A stretch of DNA of 64,000 bases from positions 12,124-76,123 of the IMG/VR virus record IMGVR_UViG_3300032053_000042. One strand, written 5' to 3'. The notes under the pieces were generated by a model. The model saw nothing but the letters and a program-made list of their open reading frames with translations, ran no database searches and had not been told where the DNA came from. The DNA is from a virus. Below are positions 57,059 to 64,000 of this stretch, one piece after another. Within the stretch, counting starts at the first letter, position 1. Each line of letters starts with the position of its first letter. Position numbers and translations under genes: made by a program.

Positions 57059-57961
57059 TTGATCACCGAACGTTTCCAAATTGTCACCGCTGGCGGTCGT
57101 ACGTTGAACCTCCTATATCCGACTGCGCTACAGTCCATAAGTGGCATTAGCTTACCAGGTACTCGGGACCGTGTGGCCCGTAGCCCGTTCCAGGATGGCG
57201 ATACTTACCTCGGAGCTCTGGTCGAGCCTAGAGTACTAAACATTGCTATTGCTATTAAAGGCTGTACGCGTGGAGATCTTGGCGTTCTACGACGTCAGCT
57301 ATCAACCACGCTTAACCCTCGCTCAGCCCCTTTACAGCTGCGGGCCTTCTTAGAAGACGACACTAGGTTCAGGCTGAAGGGTCTATCTTGTCAAGGACCT
57401 ATCGAGGGAAATATAGTTTATTCGGGTGATGCTCTAGCACAGACTATAGGAGTTCGGCTAGTTGCGCACGATGCGATCTGGTATAGCGACGCAGTGCATG
57501 CCTCGATACTCACTTCGACAATAAAGTTAGCTTTAGTGTTTCCTGTGACCTTTGGAACCGGTGGTGACGTTATCTTTGGGGCGGCTTTCGTGTCGTCGCT
57601 ACCTGTGGATGCACAGACGTTAGGGGATTGGGACGCAGCGCCCATTATTACTCTTCCCGGTCCTATGGCTAGTGTGAGAATTACGAATACTACGACCAAT
57701 GAAGAGATCAAGCTTAACTACAATATCGCTGTAGGCGAGGTAGTTTACATAGACACAACGCCGGGGGCTAAAGATATCTACAACAATTCAGGTACCAAAC
57801 TAGTTCAGTATCTTGCCGATGGAGACTTCACGTCGTTTCACTTGGAGCCCGATTCTAATATTGCTCCAGGCGGGCACAACTGGATTACCATACGAGGTAC
57901 CACCACAGGTGCAGCACCAATTGTAACGATTAGTTGGTATGACCGCTACACAGGGATCTAG
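57059..57961 (+). CDS. distal tail protein (Dit)
   Basis: follows TMP; DGDTYLG..VEPR, AHDAIWY, L.PGGHN pattern. Confidence 0.8.
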   Translation: MITERFQIVTAGGRTLNLLYPTALQSISGISLPGTRDRVARSPFQDGDTYLGALVEPRVLNIAIAIKGCTRGDLGVLRRQLSTTLNPRSAPLQLRAFLEDDTRFRLKGLSCQGPIEGNIVYSGDALAQTIGVRLVAHDAIWYSDAVHASILTSTIKLALVFPVTFGTGGDVIFGAAFVSSLPVDAQTLGDWDAAPIITLPGPMASVRITNTTTNEEIKLNYNIAVGEVVYIDTTPGAKDIYNNSGTKLVQYLADGDFTSFHLEPDSNIAPGGHNWITIRGTTTGAAPIVTISWYDRYTGI

Positions 57962-57970
57962 GAGGCTATA

Positions 57971-58777
57971 ATGACTGAAATGTCGTACCCGTGGGATGGA
58001 GTGGACTTGGGTGACGCAGCCACTTATGCACCTTACTTTGCTGAGGATTGGCACCAAATGTATTCAGACATGCTCGCGATGGACGGCTCTTATGGCGTTT
58101 TTATGCGTGCGGGCAACGCCCTTGAAGCTACCCTCACTGTGAATGACACTCCTTGCATCGTCGACACGGGCTCGGCGCTTGTTGCCGGCCAGTTCTATCG
58201 TAACACAGCGGCTGTGTCTCTCACGATCCTACGAGAAGTGGCACTTACAAGGTACGACCGCGTCGTAGTACGGCGTACGTGGGCAACGAAGCTTTCTAGG
58301 CTAACGTTAGTAGCAGGTGTTCCAGGTGCTGGTGTACCTGTGGCCTTGGAAACGACACTCAACGTACTGTATGACATTCCTATAGCTATCATCCAGGTCC
58401 CCGCAGCTGGTAATATGATTATCACCGATGACCGTGTGTATCGAGGCTTCCCCGATGTATCCGATCGTCAAGGTGGTAGTGCCACAGCCTGGAACACTGC
58501 TGGTACTACGACACGAAAGACCGGTGCAGTTCGTATACAGTGTGGAGAGATAACATGCGCTGCAGGTGGCTCTTTCGGCGTGACGTTTCCTGTGCCGTTC
58601 GCACAGATTCCTTTAGTGTTTCTGACCACAGATGGAAACGTCTGGAATACCGCATGGATTGGTAGCTGTACTGTGAACGGCTGTACTGGTGGTATCCTTG
58701 AGCACACCCTAGCAGGATTTTTCCACGCTAGCGCGAATGCCAAGACCGTAGCCTGGCTTGCAATAGGTCAGGAATAG
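57971..58777 (+). CDS. minor tail protein with gp53/H-type-lectin-like C-terminus
   Basis: RYDRVVVR, YDIPIA, IQCG...VTFPVPF...WLAIG. Confidence 0.7.
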   Translation: MTEMSYPWDGVDLGDAATYAPYFAEDWHQMYSDMLAMDGSYGVFMRAGNALEATLTVNDTPCIVDTGSALVAGQFYRNTAAVSLTILREVALTRYDRVVVRRTWATKLSRLTLVAGVPGAGVPVALETTLNVLYDIPIAIIQVPAAGNMIITDDRVYRGFPDVSDRQGGSATAWNTAGTTTRKTGAVRIQCGEITCAAGGSFGVTFPVPFAQIPLVFLTTDGNVWNTAWIGSCTVNGCTGGILEHTLAGFFHASANAKTVAWLAIGQE

Positions 58778-58789
58778 GAGGGAGGCATA

Positions 58790-59623
58790 ATGACAGAGCG
58801 ATCATGGCCTTGGGACGACACCTTTGCAGGCGACGCTCTTGCTATGGCTCCATATCTGGCCGACGACTGGACCATAATGCTCGATGATATACTAGGCCGT
58901 GGAGGCTCCTATGGAGTATTCCTAGGTGCAGGTAACGGTCTAGTTGTTACGACTAGTCCTGGAAATACCTCTCCGTGTATCATCGACACAGGTGCGGCAT
59001 TCGTAGCAGGCCAGTACTATCGTAATACAGCTCCTGTGAGTATTGCAATTCCCTACGCGTATACCGCCATAAGATACGATCGCATCGTGGTACGACGTAC
59101 CTGGAGTACTAAGCAGGCTCGTCTAACTCGACTTCCTGGAATAGAGGGAGCGGGGGTTCCTGCTTTAGTACAAGATTGGGGTAACATATACGACGTGCCA
59201 GTAGCTATTATAACGGCTATGAATCTTTATCTCGGGGGAGGTGTTAACTCCACGTACGCTACAGATGATAGAAAAGATCGAGGCTGGCCTGATCTCATAC
59301 ATCGGCAAGGAGGCGATCCAACTGATTGGAACGTAGCCGGGACGACTAACTATAGAGTGCTCAAGACTCGTATCCAGTGCGGGAACAAAATATGCGTTTG
59401 GGCTAACGGTCTGTTCACTGTGACCTTTCCTACGCCTTTCTCAGCTGTACCACTGGTATTCCTAACTACAGACTGCGGTACGAGTATAACAGCTTACATC
59501 GACACCTGTACCGCTAACGGCTTTACTGGCGGGTTTGTGTGGCACTTTTCAAACCCCGTGACTCCGCACGCTATAGGAGCAGGCTATAATACGACTAGTT
59601 GGCTTGCTATAGGACCAGAGTAA
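58790..59623 (+). CDS. minor tail protein, tandem paralogue of 57971-58777
   Basis: RYDRIVVR, YDVPVA, IQCG...VTFPTPF...WLAIG. Confidence 0.7.
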   Translation: MTERSWPWDDTFAGDALAMAPYLADDWTIMLDDILGRGGSYGVFLGAGNGLVVTTSPGNTSPCIIDTGAAFVAGQYYRNTAPVSIAIPYAYTAIRYDRIVVRRTWSTKQARLTRLPGIEGAGVPALVQDWGNIYDVPVAIITAMNLYLGGGVNSTYATDDRKDRGWPDLIHRQGGDPTDWNVAGTTNYRVLKTRIQCGNKICVWANGLFTVTFPTPFSAVPLVFLTTDCGTSITAYIDTCTANGFTGGFVWHFSNPVTPHAIGAGYNTTSWLAIGPE

Positions 59624-59624
59624 A

Positions 59625-60758
59625 ATGGTACTAGGACCGCTTCAAGCTGCATACCAAGTGTGGCTTCTCGATCATTCAGGCAACAGGATACAGCTGCTCG
59701 AGAATTTCGAGAAACTTGAGTTCATTCTTGCTGTAAATAGCGAGGGTGCACCAGGCTGGGGCAGCTATCGAATAGAAGGGGAGGTTACTAAGCTACCTTA
59801 TGCCGACTTTCTATTAGATCGGATTGTAAGTATTCAACGCAAAGCTCCAGGTATGGCCTGGCGTACCGAATTCGAAGGTCTCCACAGACGGCCTGAATTC
59901 TGGTACGACGAAAAGGATACCGAGTGGTACAGATCTTCAGGCACTGATCTGAAGGCCCTGATGAAGCGTCGCATCGTTATACCGGCTACAGGCCAAGCCT
60001 TCTTGACTTACACAGGACCGTTCACTGACGCCATGCGAAATCTTGTACGTACCCAAGCGAGCTTGTTGGCACCTGTGGCACGCCGACAGTGGCACGTGAT
60101 GGTCGAGAACGACACTGGAGAGGGAGCTATCGTTACCTACAGTGTTCGAGACGATCAACTGTCGACTGACCTAGAGGAGTTAACAGGTCTAGGAGCCTCG
60201 TTCGACGTTGAGCGCGTAGATGACTACTACTGGTTCAGAGTGTACTACCCTAGAAAGGGAAAGGATCGTAGAGTTGATAATCCTGACGGCAACGTACCTG
60301 TGGTCTTCTCGATCGTTAACGGGAACATGCAGGAACCCTCCTTTGTCGACGATCGTCTAGGCGAGGTCAACGTTGTGTACGTGGCAGGAGAAGGTGCTGG
60401 TGCCCTAAGGGAGATTGTTGAGCGTAGCAGCCTGTGGGTGGCCGAACTTGACTCGCCGTGGAATAGAATCGAGGGCTTTCTCGATCAAAGCTCGCAGACT
60501 AATACGGCGGTCTTAAACGCCTTAGGTGATGCCTACTTGATCGAGAATCGGGAGCAGATTACTTTTAGCTGTAAGGCTGTACCAACTGTTCTATGCCTAT
60601 ATGGAAGGGACTGGGATGCCGGCGATCTCGTAACAGGGATTTACAGAGGCGTCTCATACGATCTTGGTATTGACCAAGTGCAGGTCACTCTCGACGTTCC
60701 CCAAGGCGAGGTTATTATTCCGACATTTCGATGGATACCAGGAGTACTACTCCCATGA
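59625..60758 (+). CDS. siphovirus Gp37-like baseplate hub (Tal-like) protein
   Basis: NVVYVAGEGAG..R, RIEGFLD, YGRDWDAGDLV. Confidence 0.75.
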   Translation: MVLGPLQAAYQVWLLDHSGNRIQLLENFEKLEFILAVNSEGAPGWGSYRIEGEVTKLPYADFLLDRIVSIQRKAPGMAWRTEFEGLHRRPEFWYDEKDTEWYRSSGTDLKALMKRRIVIPATGQAFLTYTGPFTDAMRNLVRTQASLLAPVARRQWHVMVENDTGEGAIVTYSVRDDQLSTDLEELTGLGASFDVERVDDYYWFRVYYPRKGKDRRVDNPDGNVPVVFSIVNGNMQEPSFVDDRLGEVNVVYVAGEGAGALREIVERSSLWVAELDSPWNRIEGFLDQSSQTNTAVLNALGDAYLIENREQITFSCKAVPTVLCLYGRDWDAGDLVTGIYRGVSYDLGIDQVQVTLDVPQGEVIIPTFRWIPGVLLP

Positions 60759-61546
60759 CGCCGAATACTAGTGAGACTCTCCTTCAAGTACTTAAAGCCG
60801 ATAGAGCACGTATTAGAGCTCTAGAGTCTCGTAATACGTCACTAGCTCTTCTACTGAACGACTCGGGTGTGGCACTAGTACATGGAGATATTGTCATTCT
60901 GAGCGACACTGTAAATGAGGCTGTGGAGATCTGTGTTGGACCGATTCCCTGGATTATTGGAGGAGGAGGAGGAGGAGGCGTAGGCTATACGGCAGGACCT
61001 GATATCGATATTACTGGCGTAACTATATCTCGCGAAGGTACAGATGTACTGTTATTCTCAGGTTCCGCTGCTCTGTTACTAGATTATCCAGCCTTATTAG
61101 TTGGTCTACTCGCGGCGGCTGGCGCGTCTATAGCGGGCGATGTTATCGAGATGCCAGCCGGAACGATTGTTGGAGATTTCGCAGTGCCAGCCGGGGTGAT
61201 GCTGCGGGGGAGAGGCTGGCAGAGCATCCTGGACGGCAGATTAACGCTTGGAGTGGGTGCAGGCGCTGAGCACCTAAAAGTATTTCAGGATGTAGACACC
61301 GCCGACGATATCATCGGTATAATTGGTCCGGCCACAGGAGAGGCTACGATTCGAGACGTTCAGGTATCACTTAACCAGGCCGGGGCGGGCAAAGCGCTGG
61401 GGCTACTCTCCAACGGGGGAACATTGCGCGCCTACGAGTGCGAGGTATGGGTTAGCGGCGCAACGGGTAGCGTCTGGGGCATTGCGGCTGTAACAGGGGG
61501 GATTGTCGAGATGAATCAAGGACAAGTAAGGGCGTGGTGGATATAG
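60755..61546 (+). CDS. tail protein with Gly hinge and beta-helix-like region
   Basis: RIRALE start, G7 hinge, AGDVIEMPAG...LRGRG. Confidence 0.6.
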   Translation: MTPNTSETLLQVLKADRARIRALESRNTSLALLLNDSGVALVHGDIVILSDTVNEAVEICVGPIPWIIGGGGGGGVGYTAGPDIDITGVTISREGTDVLLFSGSAALLLDYPALLVGLLAAAGASIAGDVIEMPAGTIVGDFAVPAGVMLRGRGWQSILDGRLTLGVGAGAEHLKVFQDVDTADDIIGIIGPATGEATIRDVQVSLNQAGAGKALGLLSNGGTLRAYECEVWVSGATGSVWGIAAVTGGIVEMNQGQVRAWWI

Positions 61547-63682
61547 ATGGGTTGGCCTAGCAAGATTTACTGCGCTACCAAGACGCTGGGCGTGTACTAT
61601 ACGGGCACGTTTAATGGCACCGACCAGCCCACCTGGGTGGCAGTGAATGGCGGCCTGCCAGCGACCGATGTGAGACAGTTCGCATTAGACCCGTTTACGC
61701 CAGAAACCAAGCAGTATTGTCTTTTGGAGGCATCGAGGGATTTGTACCGGCGCGACAACGGCGGCAACTGGGCGAGCGTTCTCACGAGTGCAGCGGCAAT
61801 AATTTTATGTGGGGTGGAAAGAGGTTGGCTAGAACTGTTCTGCACCGACCCATCGGTGCCTGGTAGATTGTGGACGAGTTTAAATCACACATCTGCCGCC
61901 GGTGGTCACTGCGCCCTATTCGCCTTATGGTCTGATGATTATGGCGCTAACTGGTCGGCTACGGTGCAGATATATTATGAAGGATGGTACGATGTATTTG
62001 CTGGCATATCCGGCCCCCAGTCCTATGGCGATTTTGTGTGCATTGGTCACCAGATTCAGTCTGGCGCGGACGCAATTGAGGTTAGCACGGATAAAGGCGC
62101 GACATGGACGCTAGTAGGCGTACATTCATTATCGGGCAGGTTTCAGCCTCTCTCGCTCAATGCCTTGCAACCAGACCGAGTATATCATATGGATGGCTAT
62201 GTAGATAACACTTGTACGGATTATCATTTAGCTAATCTCGATGTTTTTAATCGACCGGACGCTATCTGGTTTTCGGCAATAGCCGCAGGGCATCATCGCG
62301 CAATCGGGCATGGCGGCGAAATTGATGCTACGGTAGATAGTTGGGCAAATAAAACTTCGGGCGGTGCGGTCGCGCCAGTACCAGTCAGCTTTGCTCCCTG
62401 GGCAGGTGCAGATGAAGATCAGATGATTGTCGGGCTATTAATCCATGACGACCCAGGGCAACCCGATGACAACCCACACGTTATTGGCTGCCTGTATGGT
62501 GAAGCAGACGTTACGGCAACAGGGATTGCTGGTACCAATTGTGAGACAACCCCGTTTACCGATAGCATCCCAGATACGTGCGGCGGCGTAAGTATTTGGG
62601 GTGTTCAGGGAGTATTACAAGCGGCGAGCGAGGAACCTGTACCTGATGACGACGAGGTAATTGATGACCCTCCGATAACGCTTGATGGCATTGCCTACGT
62701 GCAGGCCGTAACGATGCCAGGATATACGGGCGATAACCGAGGTGAGCCGTTGCCAGGGGATCGTAGTGCCTGGAAGACCGACACTGAGCCACACGGCCAG
62801 TTACATGCTCAGGATATAACCCATGAAGAGGCAAAGTACCACCTACCCTACTGGGATGCGGCTAACGGCGAAGCGCCGATATTCAATAGTACTACAGGAT
62901 TCTGGGAACCTGCCGACGTGCTCACGCCCGCTGAACACACAGCCATTGGCGACGGGGCGCCTCATCACGCGGAGGTGACGTTGGCGGCCAGTGCAGCAGT
63001 GTTGATGGATTTGGCGGGGCAAGCCATATCACTGGATGTTCAAGATGCTAAAAAGGCGTTGATGGGGCCTGTATCTGGAGCGGCGGCAGCGCCTACATTC
63101 AGGGTGTTGGCAAATACCGACCTGCCAGACCCGTTGGGCTTTGCATTGGCAGCAACACCACTCACCATCGCGGCGGGAGCAGTAACGGTTACTCGCAGTC
63201 TACATACTCTCACCAGTCAAGCTGGATTGGCCGATGACCTGGATACCATCACTGCGGCGGGTGATAGGACGTTACTTTTATTGCAGGCTACAGCAACCCA
63301 TACCATCACCATCAAACACGGCACGGGGAACATATCGCTCAACGGCGCGGCGGACTTTGTATTGTCGGGGGAGAAGACATTATTATTGTTTTGGAATGGT
63401 ACGAAGTGGGTTGACGTAGGAGCGGGTGGCGGAGCGCTAGCGGACCACGACCACTCAGGACATGCAGGGGATGGCGGAACATTTGACGCGGCCAATCTTA
63501 CGAGTGGGGCGTCAACTGATGGACAGGTACTGACTTCGGATGGCGCAGGCGGCGCGGCATGGGAGACTCCCCCAACAGTCACGACCTATTGGGAACCCAC
63601 GATTGCAGTTGTGGCTGCGGGCGACCCGCACCTTATATTCACAGGTGACGATGATATTGTTATGGTCGAGGTGCCGATATGA
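61547..63682 (+). CDS. tail fibre / receptor-binding protein
   Basis: N-terminal Asp-box propeller (SDDYGANW, STDKGATW); fibre motifs AAAPTFRVL, DHDHSG, GQVLTSDG. Confidence 0.7.
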   Translation: MGWPSKIYCATKTLGVYYTGTFNGTDQPTWVAVNGGLPATDVRQFALDPFTPETKQYCLLEASRDLYRRDNGGNWASVLTSAAAIILCGVERGWLELFCTDPSVPGRLWTSLNHTSAAGGHCALFALWSDDYGANWSATVQIYYEGWYDVFAGISGPQSYGDFVCIGHQIQSGADAIEVSTDKGATWTLVGVHSLSGRFQPLSLNALQPDRVYHMDGYVDNTCTDYHLANLDVFNRPDAIWFSAIAAGHHRAIGHGGEIDATVDSWANKTSGGAVAPVPVSFAPWAGADEDQMIVGLLIHDDPGQPDDNPHVIGCLYGEADVTATGIAGTNCETTPFTDSIPDTCGGVSIWGVQGVLQAASEEPVPDDDEVIDDPPITLDGIAYVQAVTMPGYTGDNRGEPLPGDRSAWKTDTEPHGQLHAQDITHEEAKYHLPYWDAANGEAPIFNSTTGFWEPADVLTPAEHTAIGDGAPHHAEVTLAASAAVLMDLAGQAISLDVQDAKKALMGPVSGAAAAPTFRVLANTDLPDPLGFALAATPLTIAAGAVTVTRSLHTLTSQAGLADDLDTITAAGDRTLLLLQATATHTITIKHGTGNISLNGAADFVLSGEKTLLLFWNGTKWVDVGAGGGALADHDHSGHAGDGGTFDAANLTSGASTDGQVLTSDGAGGAAWETPPTVTTYWEPTIAVVAAGDPHLIFTGDDDIVMVEVPI

Positions 63683-63999
63683 CGCTGCCTAATTACAACT
63701 TTGTCAGTCATAGCATAACCAATCTAGGGCATAAGGCTGTACGAGTAGAAGTGCTATCGTACATCGCCACGCTGACTGATGAGGTGATTGTTGCAAACAA
63801 AGCCACGGCCATGTCTGTGACGCTTCCGGCTGCTACTGGCAGCGGCAAGCCGTTTACGATTGCCAGCATCAATATCGGGCCGGTAACGCTGGCTTGTAAC
63901 GGTGCAGAGACAGTTAACGGAGATGCAACGCAGACGCTTTACCAGTGGGAGTCTATGCAGGTGGTTGATTACGCGGCTGGCGTTTGGGTTGTGGTATAG
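63679..63999 (+). CDS. small tail-fibre-associated protein
   Basis: VTLPAATGSG...ETVNG...W module; ATGA coupling. Confidence 0.55.
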   Translation: MTLPNYNFVSHSITNLGHKAVRVEVLSYIATLTDEVIVANKATAMSVTLPAATGSGKPFTIASINIGPVTLACNGAETVNGDATQTLYQWESMQVVDYAAGVWVVV

Positions 64000-64000
64000 G

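Noticed and set aside
31172-63582. Antisense ORFs in the supplied track (and plus-strand ORFs within 38-21633)
   Set aside because: Shadows of well-supported genes on the opposite strand
57971-63999. Diversity-generating retroelement or invertible tail cassette
   Set aside because: No reverse transcriptase, invertase or near-identical TR/VR pair seen; the duplicated genes are diverged throughout
1-64000. Stop-codon reassignment, given the abundance of TAG
   Set aside because: Genes are full-length in code 11 and many end cleanly in TAG

Overview
This window is most of the genome of a tailed dsDNA phage with siphovirus-type tail genes, laid out as two divergent arms. The left arm (1-~21.8 kb, minus strand) holds 7-deazaguanine precursor genes (folE, queD, queE, a second QueD-like gene, Nmad1/DUF1599) and a PolA-type polymerase. 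It also holds a primase-helicase, DnaQ-like and Cas4-like exonucleases, a Sak4-like ATPase, two DUF669-type SSBs, an ATP-dependent ligase, many small ORFans and three intergenic tRNA-like elements. The centre (~21.8-30.9 kb) looks like an early, host-takeover-type region. It has five related sigma70 promoters plus one perfect consensus promoter, a polarised dispersed repeat, a 29-bp tandem array, four paralogues of one unknown family, three Xis/HTH_17-like proteins and one transcription unit almost free of GG/CC. The right arm (31-64 kb, plus strand) runs PAPS-reductase-like gene, TerS, a beta-propeller glycosidase-like gene, TerL, holin, portal, protease/scaffold and major capsid. An 8.7-kb, nine-gene glycan-synthesis island follows inside the head module (seven glycosyltransferase domains, DegT aminotransferase, GNAT, methyltransferases). 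After it come connector, tail tube, a chaperone with a probable +1 frameshift, tape measure, Dit, Tal-like and fibre genes. The best candidate for a new system is a phage-encoded virion-glycosylation pathway: its largest enzyme ends in a copy of the small protein encoded next to it, which may act as a virion-docking domain. All calls come from reading motifs by eye; no searches were run.
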